From: Eutreptiella sp. 'Long Island Sound 2002'
Taxonomy: Eukaryota > Protista > Euglenida
NCBI GenBank assembly: GCA_964036045.1
Contig: OZ038378.1
Coordinates: 199,392,001-199,456,000 of the forward strand
Length of the DNA stretch: 64,000 nucleotides
Direction: 5' to 3'
Below, in pieces: positions 12,511 to 23,881 of this stretch (the stretch's first letter is position 1; every line of letters starts with the position of its first letter). The notes below the pieces were generated by a model. It was not told the DNA's origin and ran no database searches. It saw nothing but the letters and a program-made list of their open reading frames with translations. A program made the position numbers and the translations under genes.

Positions 12511-13389
12511 GTTCCTCCCCTGTTTCCACATGTCTGCACACACAGTGTCTATCCCGTCTATCAGTCCTTTAATTTTGTGAGCACCTCTGTTGGTCAACAT
12601 GCCCTCCGACGCCCTCCCGCCTGCCCTCTGAAACCGGCTCATCTTTTGGCTGGGTATGCATTTCCAGTATGTGGCTGTGCCATCATTGAGGGCACGCCAC
12701 CGCATTGTGAGTTTGCAAGAAGTTTAATTTTGTGAGTTTGCAAGAAGACAAGATGTTCACGCCTCGCATTTTCAATGCATACTGAGTCTTTTGCTGTTTG
12801 TCCTGCATGCTTGATGCACCCTCGACCGCCCCAACCGACTGAACATTCCCCCGTTATCTCTCCATTTTAAGGCCCCCTTGCCACATGCATTATGGATTTA
12901 TAGGGATAGGGTCTTCAATAGCCCTCCAATTGGTTCTGGGTTCCAGCCATGGTGGCTGCAAAGCCTATTAGAGGACGACTACTAGTTTAAGTTGGAGTAT
13001 CACCTAGAGAGGGTAAAGATGGTGAATCAGCAGTGCCACACAGGACCTGATTCCTCCACCACAATGTGTTTGGTGCCCCCACTGCCACCGTATCATACCA
13101 TCATAATGTGTGGCATATTGTGTGCCATAGGAGAATTTGGTCAAGTTTGTGGAAAATGAGGTACGTCAAAATGTTCAGCATTCGACCTCTACTTACGTAC
13201 GAGTTGTAGGGGTGAGCATACATTCTGTCATGTTCTGTGATTTTCAGCTACCAATATTGACTTTGTATGCTGGGTTCTGGTGTTCCCTTGTTTTTGTACC
13301 ACTATAGTCACCCCGATGAAAGTGGAGTACTTGCAAGACCCCCCGCCCCTCATGGTGCGGAGCGGCGAGCAAAACTGGGAAGAGTTGGC

Positions 13390-13590
13390 CATGATATGAT
13401 TCTTTGCGTCCTTGGAGCGATTGACTTTAGTTCAACGGCAGGAAGCGATGGCTTCATGGGCGCTTTCTATAAAACATTTGTGGACCATTTAGCTCAGGAG
13501 ATGCAGCAGGTGATGTGCACAGTATCACATACAGGAGCAATGCCCGACAAGTGGTGTGAAGGGATGGCAAGGTGCATCCAAACAAATAGG
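13390..13590 (+). mobile_element. LINE RT N-terminal relic
   Basis: STAGSDGFMGAFYKTF...TGAMPDKWCEG..RCI matches the PG.DG...FYK...G..P..W....I pattern. Confidence 0.6.
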
Positions 13591-14833
13591 ATTGTATATC
13601 TGTTGACCACCAGTGCTTGATAAAATTGTATAACATGGAGTGGAGCAACCTCGTGATACGGCCAAGCCTTGCTCGTGGTGATGGGTAAATACAATGTTAC
13701 ATGTGTGGTCTCGGGCACACATTGAGCACTTGTTTGCTCACTTGTGGCATTGGGGTTTGGTAAACATCCGGCATGGTGGTCTTGATGAGTTGCATCAATT
13801 TATGCGTATTTTGTTTCATGGTCTCCTTTGACAAGGAGAGCATGTCATAAGGATGTTCCTTCCCGCTGTTCCAACCAACACCTGCACCCTGCAGTCTATT
13901 GGGCATTCGAAGTTGCATTCACCAAGAGCCATGTTGCTGTCACATTGTTGCCATAGTCCCATCTTGCTTGCAATTGTAATGTTTTATGTGACAAGATGGC
14001 AAACATTGAAATTATTTTGTTGCCTACAATGTAGCTTCTGCTTTGCTTCAGCATACGGGAATTACCCCCAAAGACCCTGATGCTGCATCACTGTTCTGCA
14101 TTTGTGCTTTTGATAGTAAAGGTGGCTAAGGACAACCCTGGTGGGGGAGGGGGTCACGTTGTGGTGTGAACCATTTTTGCATTTTGTTGCTGCAGTGGTT
14201 TTTTTTTTTTTTTTGCACTTTTTGCATTTTCCTGTGTCAAGCACTTTTTGCAAAAGTGTGTTCTTTTGCATGTTTTGCATTTGGTTGCACCCATTGTTAC
14301 CTAGTTTGTTGACATGATGTTGCATTTCTTGTGTTGTATTGATTTGTGACACAAGTATCCTCATTTTTTGTGATGGCTACATCCGGTACTCGCCAACGAT
14401 CGCAAAAGTTTGATTATGTTCTAGGATGGTTCTCATGAACAAAGCCTTCTGAAAGCTTAGTCATTGTTCGGCCAGCCCATGCTTACTATTAGCTGTACAG
14501 TGGGGCAAAGTGCCCGTTATTGCATTGCCATTGATGAGCTCATCAGTTTCAAATATCCCGAAATGGCACAGATTTGATACACTATGTCCATCAACTTACA
14601 GCCACTCCCCTGTCGAGCCCAAATGGCTGATGCCAACTGGGCAAAATAAGGTTTGAATGGAATTGCATGCGGATTATAAAGGTAGCTTTCTGAGATGCCA
14701 TGATGCAGCAGCATAAATTGTAGACCACTGTCACCCATCCCTCGGCACCCACCACCACTGCCCGCTCTGTATCCCACCGCTCTCTAACCAAATCTGCGCC
14801 TCTGTGTTTCCTGCGAGGTATGCATGGCCCAAT

Positions 14834-14885
14834 ATGTCAGCCTCTACGGCGGTGGCCTCCTTCGCAAGTACGCTACGGACTGCAG
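14834..14885 (+). CDS. Polyprenyl (GGPP-type) diphosphate synthase, exon 1 (MSASTAVASFASTLRTA, phase 1)
   Basis: ATG at 14834 and donor G|GTACTG at 14886. This is the only frame that is phase-compatible with the exon 2 acceptor (G|TT = Val). Further upstream exons cannot be excluded. Confidence 0.6.
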
Positions 14886-15015
14886 GTACTGCGGCTTCAC
14901 ACCGGTTGTAAGGCACCCTCACAAGGGCCGACCCCCCCAACCCAAACAGAAAGCCTGTGCACTCGGATCCTGCAGTGGGCGAATGTGCAACTGCAAGTGG
15001 TCCCCCAATTTCCAG

Positions 15016-15323
15016 TTCGAGCCCCCGAGTTCCTGCGTTGTTACTTGGACACCACCAATCCCATCTTTGAGCCCATCATGTACACCGGGGGGACCCCTGG
15101 GTCGCTGCACCGGGTGGAATTCTTGAAGGCCATGAACCAAGTCCTCGGGGTCTCTGAGCCGGAGTCCGGCCACATCGCTGAGCTTGTGCAATGCATGCAC
15201 ACGTGTTCTCTTGTTGTGGACGATATTATCGACGACGCCGCAATGCGCCGGGGAATGCCCGCGGCGCACACAATATATGGCGTGCCCAAGAGCTTGGGAT
15301 CCGCGTACACTGCATTGTTTCAG
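15016..15323 (+). CDS. GGPP synthase-like (GGPS1/BTS1 type) exon 2, containing the first Asp-rich motif
   Basis: Acceptor tttccag at 15015. Translation includes SLVVDDIIDDAAMRRGMPAAHTIYG (FARM DDxxD plus RRG). Donor CAG|GTGCTG at 15324. Confidence 0.92.
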
Positions 15324-16296
15324 GTGCTGCATGGTCGTGGTGCTTTCGAAATGTGTTGCGCAGGGTCCCCAGAGACGCAAGTACTCCCCTGTCCCTGGCC
15401 GCATTGCAAGGAAGGGTCAAGGGCATTTGCACAGGCAGGGGCATGGGCACGTCCATTGCTTTCTGACAAGCATTGAGCCAGTGGCAGTCTGACACCGCCA
15501 ACAGTGCTTGTTGGTGACAGGCACGTATCGGTACTCACAATCTGGATACCATGCTCCTGGAGGTGTGGGGCTGTTCGAAGGCCCAGAAAATACACTTTGG
15601 AAAATTGGCATTGTTTTGACCCCCCCCCCCCCTGCCTCCGTTTTCCTCACCACCTACCCCTTGGGCGCCGAGTTGGGCGCCATGGACGCCAGAATTTTTC
15701 TGTTTGCCTGCAGCCAGGGTTTTTTTTTCACCCTTTGACCACACAAAGTGCTCAGAATTGAATGGAGAATTCAAATGTGACTGAAAAGCATGAAACCAAA
15801 AACCACCCCCTCTTCTCCAATAGTAAATGCATGCAGGGTGCGCATTGGCCTGTTGCTTTCGCTATTGGCCCGACCCCCGGGTTGCAGCAAAGAGCAGACT
15901 TTGTCCTCTCACCGGCACGCTACAACATGCCGCGGGTCATAGAACCGTGAAATCTCCTGCCCAACGGCTGTACATCCCGGCCATCCGTGGTGCGGTGATT
16001 CTTGACCATGCCCTTGTCCCGGTCCATGTGATTGACCCTGCCCTCGCCCATGCCCTGCCCGCTGCACATCTCCTTGGGCCTGCCCTTGCTCTTGCCAAAA
16101 CCCTTCAGGCTGCCCCTGTCTTCGCCCATTGCCCGTGCTTGCAGACGTGAATTCGCACTTGCCAAGCCAAAGGTGCCCGTGCATGAAACGCGGCCTTCAG
16201 CCCCAGTTTCGTCGCCCTTTCGACCCCTTTTTCATGGTCTGTATGTGTTCATCTTGCGCTGGTTGTGCCGCGACACTGTCGCTGTTGCGTGTTCAG

Positions 16297-16557
16297 GTGA
16301 TGTTATCCTCCTCCGTACATTTGGGAGATGCTGCTTTACTCGTCATCCTCGAAGAGTGTGGCCGCATGCATCATTATAACACAATGGAATTGCACTGGCG
16401 CGACGGCCTACAGTGTCCCACGGAGGCAGAATACATCAGCATGGTCGATGGCAAGACTGGCAGTGGATTCCGAGTAGTGACCAGGCTTTTGCTGGCAAAA
16501 GCTGCTCCAGATCACTCTTCGCAACTTGCACAATGTCTGCTGCAGTTCACCGACGAG
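16297..16557 (+). CDS. GGPP synthase-like exon 3
   Basis: Acceptor gttcag at 16296; 87 codons, including ELHWRDGLQCPTEAEYISMVDGKTG (cf. GGPS1 YWRD..CPTEEEY..MV..KTG). Donor GAG|GTCGCT. Confidence 0.92.
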
Positions 16558-17688
16558 GTCGCTTCTGCCCTCCGTTTCTCGCTGATCGCTTCCGTCAGCT
16601 CGGTGGTTTGACACCCGGTGTAGCCAGTCATTCCGCACGGGGGCGTTGGGGCACACCCTGGCCTCGACACTGTCTGGGTTTGGCCTTTTAACCGAATGTT
16701 GTTGTTTTGTTTCTGCTCTTCACGGGATGGGTGGGCCCCATGGATTTGAGGAAAGTGGGGAAGGGCCAGAGTTCAGCGCCTTGGAGAGGGGGGCCACCAA
16801 CTTTGGTCGCTATGTGCTGCTCCACACCCCAGCTCTGAGGCCGCTTCTTTTCATGTTTTCATTTTCTCCCCCCGCACCCCCTACCCTAATGGCATCCAGG
16901 GCATTTCCCCATGGGCCCTGCCATGGCCCCTCACGGGGAGGACTCAGTGGGTGTGGCTGAAGAATGGCAATCATTGCCCCTCCAAAGTGGCCATTGGGGG
17001 TGTTGCATGCAACAGGATTAGATGTGGATTCCATCTTTGGCGCCATCTGCTTCGCCAAGCCTGCTTTTGTGTGTGGGGGGCCTGGCTGTGAGGTGTTTCA
17101 GGCTCCGCCATTATTGAAGCATTTACGAGGCTCTGCGATGCATGACTGTTGTTCCTCATAGGAAAGAAAGTTCTGTGTATAGTCCTTTTCTCACCATCCA
17201 CTGTCTTAGCCTTGGTTGCTTTGCCCAATTCTTGCCCATAATGAGCCCCACCCGCCCGCCCTCGAGTGTCAGTGTTCCTGTCAGCGGGAGATGAGACATG
17301 CTGCACCATTCACAGTGTGGGAAATGTCACATGAAATGAAATGCTATGAAAATAAATGAAATGCCCTTGTGCTATTGTCCAGGGCCAGGGAGAATGGGAC
17401 GGACAGAAATGCAGCCAATGCGTGTATGTTGTGAGTTGGGTAGTTTTTTTTATATGGCTGTATACGCATGGAAAAACATGGTTTTGCAAGCCCTGAAATG
17501 TTGTAATGCATTACACATGCTTTCTTTGGTGGTGGTGTGTGGGGGTGATTTTGTTCCAAACTACTCGCATTACGGCAAAAAAAGGTGGTGCTCGCGTTTG
17601 CAGCAAAAAAAAAAGAGTTGCATTCAATTTCGTACTCAACTTACTTTTCCCTCAGCCAATACTATCCCTCGGCTGCGTTTGCTTGCAG

Positions 17689-17955
17689 TTTGGACGATTC
17701 TTTCAAATTCGTGACGACTACATGGACCTGGTCAGCGAGGAGTACTCTCACAAGAAAGGCGGGTGCGGGTCCGACTTGAGGTCAGGCACCTGGTCTTATC
17801 CTGTAGTCTCCTGTGTACAGCAGCACCCTGAAACGAAGTCTCTATTTTTGAGTGTATTTGACCCCGACCATGCCACAACCGACGCAGATTGTGCACACCT
17901 CATTAGTATTCTGAAGAACACCGGGAGCTTGGATCATACCGTGAAGAAACTGCAG
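17689..17955 (+). CDS. GGPP synthase-like exon 4, containing the second Asp-rich motif
   Basis: Acceptor cttgcag at 17688; FGRFFQIRDDYMDL (SARM); 89 codons; donor CAG|GTGCGG. Confidence 0.93.
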
Positions 17956-18465
17956 GTGCGGTGCATTTGTTTGGGGCTGGGTCTGCTGATTATGTCCTGC
18001 CACTTGTTGCCGCATGTCTGGTTGTCTGGTGCAGGTCATCATGGTACTGCTACTGCTTGTGTCTTCTCAGGGTGCGCACAACCAATGCCCCTGTCAGAAC
18101 AGCAGGAGGCGTTGTTTACGTGATTCTCAGTTTGTTTTACCGTTGTTGCAGGGTGGGGAGTCTGGCATTTTACTTGGCCAGAACAGAAAAGCGTAGATGC
18201 TTCAAAAGGCAATGACAAAAAGGCCCTGTTTTTGGTCTTTGAAGGGTTGGGGAGGCTTCGCTTTTGATGCAGAGGTTAACTGGGGGCGCGGGGGGGGGGA
18301 TGGGGGCACAGTGCTGAGATGATGGTGCGGGGATGGGCCAGCACGGCCAAACCCCGGTGGTGCTCCCAACACGGGGCAGACTCTGATAAGTGTATTGGCA
18401 GGGGCACAGGCACAGGCAGGGGCGCAGAGGCATGCATGGTCTGCTTTGCTGTTTTATGTTCATAG

Positions 18466-18699
18466 GGACTGGCGGACAATCTGATGACTATCACAGAACG
18501 TCTGAAAGCTGATGGATACCCTTGCGATGCATTGTTGCAGTGGTGTATCGCTTTGATTGAGAGCACACCTGGTGTCTGCATCCGAGAACCCCAGACATGT
18601 TCGGCCCATTCTGACGGGCAGCACCATCCGATTCATGACGCAGAAGATACCCTGTCGAACCATGGACCACAAAGGGTTGCCCAGCTGGGCCTAAGTTAG
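18466..18699 (+). CDS. GGPP synthase-like terminal exon 5 (an alternative 3' end is possible, see findings)
   Basis: Acceptor ttcatag at 18465, phase 0. GLADNLMTITERLKADG... runs to TAA at 18699. Confidence 0.7.
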   Translation, partial: GLADNLMTITERLKADGYPCDALLQWCIALIESTPGVCIREPQTCSAHSDGQHHPIHDAEDTLSNHGPQRVAQLGLS

Positions 18700-21600
18700 T
18701 GATGGTTTTGGGGCTAAACTGAAGAATTACGTGCATCCCCCCCCCCCTCCCACCCCACACGGTTTTACCACTTGGCAAAGCCGCAGTGTCGAGGTGGCAA
18801 ACCGGTGATCAACATTGGCGGGTGCGCGACAGTAGGTGATGGTTCGCTGACGGTGGTTGGCGGGGCAACCAATAGCACTGGGTGATGAAACCGAGATCCG
18901 AGGCTTTCTTGAGCTTCGGGCATAGCGAAATCATGCCGGTTTTTTTTTTTTAATTTTATTACAGGTCGTCCTTCTGAACTATGCCAAAGTGGTATTCAGG
19001 AGAGTATGCAGTGAGAGCTTCGGTCTGGACAGTGATAGGGATGTATTTGTTGCAAGTTTGGACCCCTTTGTGTCAGCTTCTGCTTGAGTTGTAGTGCACC
19101 AACTGATGCCAACCATTCCACATCTAAACGCCTGGCCTAGTATCCCTCCTACTCGTCCCAGAGTCCTTGCTGCCCCCCACCCCCACCCCCCCTCCTCCCT
19201 TCCTTCCCGCTGACCACACCCAACGCAAATCCATATTCCTCTGAATATTGTTTGGTTCGCTTCCCAGGCGACTCAAGCAGGACACAGCACAACGCAGTGA
19301 CAGGCACACTTGTATTTACAAACCCTCTGTTGCTGCGGGCTGGGTCGTTTATACCGAGTTGGTTGTTTCCTCTTCAATGGCCTGTTTTGCTCTGGAGCAA
19401 TGGTCATTCCAACCTGCTTGCTTGGGCTTCTGGATGTCACTGCAGGTCGCCTGTTGCAGCTGTGGTCATGTGAACTTGTCTGTTTTGGCTAGTTGCGATC
19501 GTCACTGCACGCTGTCGGTGTTGACCTCCAGCAGTGATTTCCAGCAGCCTGTTTTGGCTTGTGACAACCCTCACTTCAACTTGCCGATGGTCATTTAACC
19601 TGCCTGCTTTGGAAGTTTGCAAGCACGTGCTGAAAGCCTATAGATAGCTAGGCATCTGCTGCCACCTGTTCTTCAGACTGATACAAATTTTGCAGCATTG
19701 CCTGGCGTTGGAAGAGAATGTGCTGTCTATATGCTGAAGCACCAGGGGACTATGATATGCAGTGCACAGGGATGACTCTGACTCAACTTATTACTATGAT
19801 ATGTGTTTCAATCTGCTGTTGCACCAACTGTTTGTCCCTGACACTAGCTTCTTTATCTTTTGATGATGGCCCCCTCTGACCCTTTGAACTACTCTCCTCA
19901 GGAACGTGCACTAACATGCACGCACGCATCTTTACTGCCATTACATGCAGGATGGTGTGAGGTGTCTCAATAAATGTGTCTCTTCAGTCTGCCCACCTGT
20001 ACGAACATTCCAGATCCTTGAAACAGCTTGTGGGCCTGGTGGACGCTACTGATTGGTTTTGAAGAAGTTTTGCATGCCTGTACGGTGTACACCTTCAATA
20101 CCGTCTGTCTGTCTGTTAGAGTAGTAGGTTCTCCATGCTTGCAGGCTCGCTGTTTTTCCTACCGCCCTTCTGGCTCTTTGACCATATTCAGAATCCTTCC
20201 CCCCACATCGTCCATCCTCCCTGACCAAGACAGTATTGCTTGCTTTGCTCTCTCGCGGATGGAACCTGGCCCTCCCACCCAGCCCCAACTGATCAAGGAT
20301 TGCGATCCTACGGTTTACAACTTGGCCTTTGTTACATGTTATGCCAGGAATTGTTGAGCCGAGTGGTCGGTTGTGTGAATTTCAAATTATTTGATATAGT
20401 GGTGCACTATACTGTTGTCATATCTTGTTTGATAAACATTCTCAGATGATGTTGGTATGGCAAGTTAGTGCTTGACCGTGTTCTTGGCATCACTAGTTCC
20501 ATACAGCCCCCCAAATGTTCCAAAGCCTCGTTCCGGTAGGAAATAGCAGAGGGGCCTTGAAAACCCCTCCATGAATGTCGGCCAGAAATGCACAAGTGAG
20601 GTGGCAGATCCAACACTCTAACAGAGTGACAGTGACCTGAGCCTGCAAAGTTGTCCTTCTGGGGTCCAGAGGAGGAACAAGGGTAATGATTTGGGGGGCT
20701 GCTCCTGGGAGGTGACATATGCAGGGCGCAACAAGATGGACAGCCAGACCTTGTGTTGATTCTTCATGGTATGGGTCAATAGCCTCTCCCCCAGATTCAC
20801 GTTGAAGATCTTCTGATAAGTGGAAAGATGGAGGGAAACTCCCCAGGCCCGCATCATCAATCTGGGATGACAATCTGTCTTTAGCATCTGCTGCCTAAAA
20901 AGCGATTTGGACTGTGCCCCAGCTCTTCTGTGGCAGCTGAGTTCTCACCTGAGAAAAGTCCGCATGTGTTTTCCCAAAAGAATGGCCGTGTGCCCCAGAA
21001 AACAGGAGGATTGACCATGTAAGCATAGACCGCGCAGTGTTTCAACAGGTTATGGCATCATGGTGTGCACCTCTCTCATGGCAGTATTTGGTGATGGACG
21101 CCCATCGCTTGGTTTTCACTGCAATGGTGATCAATGGTGTTTTGTAACAAAACGAATGCATTGCACCATTTTGCATCAGTAGTCTGATGATGATCAGCAG
21201 GTTTTGAAAAGTGCTCTGATTTCTGTGGTTTCTCAGGAAGCTGGCAGCTTCATTAATTTGTTGTGTGACATTCCAATCAGAAAGGATTGCATTTCACGGG
21301 GCGCCATTGTTGATGGTTTCCAGTGCAATTTTCCTTTGCTTCTATGGCCACTTGTGTTTATTTTGCGATTGACATCAAAAGGCATGTATTTAAGACCGCA
21401 ATTAAGTTGCACACAAGTTGCAAATGCGATATTGATTGTCCAGCATCCACAGCCCAGTGTATTGTATCTCTAATTCAGGGAAGACATGGTTTTCATGGTT
21501 TCAGTGGCAGTGATTTCATGGCATTTTTTGGCATACGTTATCCACAATCCCTGATTGGTGTGGCATAAACGATCATTGATCCGCTCTTTGCATGGAATGA

Positions 21601-22642
21601 ATCTTTTTTCTTTGCAGTCGGGGCTCTGGCAATGAGAAGAATAGCATCAGATGATAGTTGGGTGCATTTTGGAACTGGAAATTGCTATGTGTTACAGTTA
21701 CAATCGTCAAGGTCCTTTTTCTTTTCATTCTGGATTTCTTTGCCTCAGAGTGTTTCGCATGCGAACAATTTCTCTTTACACGTCTGGTGATGTGGCTGTC
21801 AATTCCAGGATCAGTAGTAATGGTTTTTGAAAGCTACGTGCATGCAATTTTGATTAACCACAGTTGTCTCATCCCCATGAGGGGCTCAAGAGTTGAGGCC
21901 CATCCTAAAGGGGCCATTGACCATCAATGTCATGCGTGAATGTTTATGGACAACATGGGGTGAAATTTTGGAAGGGTGCATGGGAAACAAGCATACGATG
22001 CTACCTGGATTTTCAAAATGCCCATCCCCAAATCTTGGCTGGGCATGCACTCCTAACTTCGAAACAATGCACAGGAAATACAGCTGGAAAATCTAGCTTG
22101 GAATATTATGAAACAGAACAAAATTGTTTTGCACAGGGCACATGTGTTGTACTTGCATGATCCGGTCCACCTCGAGCACTTACGAGGCACACTTGAGTCT
22201 GAGCAAAAGAAAAATATTCTGTAACAAAACAAAATTACAAGTGGTGCATTCATACATGTGTTAGAGTATTTTTGATTATGAGCGGGTCTGTGGTGCATTG
22301 CCATTGTGAGCCAAGTGCGAAGCACTATTATGTTCACATGTGGCCTGGCATCTTTTGCCATCTGATGCACAACACCAAATCTGAAAGGCGAAATCAACAT
22401 GGAAGCGTACAGGATAGGCGTGCACGCACAGCCCATGTACAACAAAGATGCATTAAATATCAAGGCTAGGAATTATCCAATTCTCTGGATACCTCTGATT
22501 ACCTCCAATTTCTCCCATTTTTCCATCCAATATTTGGATACCAAATTTTTTAGTACCGGCGTTGTAGGGAAATTGGTGACCTTTAGGAAAATGGGGAAAT
22601 GGGAATGAACAAAAATGCCCCCCCCTCCATTTTCCACAATGA

Positions 22643-22849
22643 TTATTTTATCTTGGTCACCAAATTTTGATCGATGCCATACTGGGAAGCGGCATTTTCT
22701 ATGTTTTGGGTACCTCTAGACCACTTGGAAGAGGTTGTGGTAATGATGTTCTTTGCTCTTATTTTTTTAATTTTTTTGGACCACTCTACTTCTAACTGAG
22801 CTCTCACATAAGATTGACCCTCAACCATTTTGGCTTCATGGGGATACAT
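22643..22849 (-). mobile_element. Possible pogo/Tc1-type HTH relic
   Basis: IENAASQYGIDQNLVTK resembles the psq/CENP-B HTH 'AA..YGI...V'. Confidence 0.3.
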
Positions 22850-23442
22850 TATTCATGGCCAAGTGTTAGGTGGTGAGCCGTGGCCCGCCTTCGGATGCCT
22901 AGGCATCAAAGAAGTTGAAGGCCCCGTGGAAAACGGTTTATTCTTTAGAGATGTAGTTGAGTGCCAACAATAGTGGGGCCCCAAACGGACAGTTGCGGAC
23001 GTGGATGTCATTTTGCCAATGGTCGCTCTACCACTGCACCACTGTACGAATATTTGTGATGCAACATCAAAGGTTTCAAAGAGTGGTTACAGAAGTCACT
23101 ACACCTATGTAGACAATTACAAACATTGGCGACAACTATGCAAAGGGAATGCATACTAGTTTTAGAGGGTGCAACAGCCAGCAAATGTGGCCGGGCTTCC
23201 CATTCTTTTTTGCGATTTTCCCGCATCAACCTTTCCATTTTCTACTGCTCTTCACAATTGCCGCTATTTTCCCCAAATTGTCACTTTTGTCCCATTTTTA
23301 CGCGGCTTCTTGGATGCTTAAACACTTTGCAAATGGAGACTTCCGAGGCTTGAAATATGCATAGTGATGATGAATTTGTATAATCCGTTGCTGCTAGTCT
23401 GCTCCTCGCGATGCTGCATATCTTACTTGACGCACTTTAGAC

Positions 23443-23881
23443 TAGGGTTCGGAATTGGTTTCATGCAAAAATAACCGATTGTTTTCAATTATTTCTATAA
23501 AAATAACCAATTATTCCGATTATATGACATAAAAATAATCGGTCATTTTCGATTGTTGTCTCTACAAAATGCAATCATTGCCGAAAAGCCGTCAACTTTT
23601 ACCTAAGGGATAGTAAACAGGAAAATAGAGGTGAAAGACATGCTAAACCTTTGACTTTTATCCCAAATTGCCTGTGATTTTGCAAAATCCTCTGGTTTTT
23701 GATAAGAAACATTTCGTGGTGTATCAACGAAATATTTCTTTTTCATACATAACTTGTCCGATTAATTGGTTTATACCTGTTTTCAAAATAATCGGTTTTA
23801 CCGATTATTTGTCACATTAGACCCAATTAATCCAATTAATCCAATTATCCGATTAATTGGTAAAACCAATTCCGAACCTTA
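23443..23881. mobile_element. hAT-superfamily MITE (439 bp)
   Basis: TIR TAGGGTTCGGAATTGGTTT / AAACCAATTCCGAACCTTA; exact 8-bp TSD CTTTAGAC at 23435-23442 and 23882-23889; subterminal (a)ccgatta/taatcgg repeats. Confidence 0.92.

Noticed and set aside
18780-18951. SECIS, hammerhead/HDV ribozyme, C/D snoRNA or riboswitch
   Set aside because: GTGATGA is present but a box D, hammerhead core, HDV pseudoknot or SECIS apical AA is not in the correct geometry, and the gene has no in-frame TGA. Kept only as an unassigned structure.
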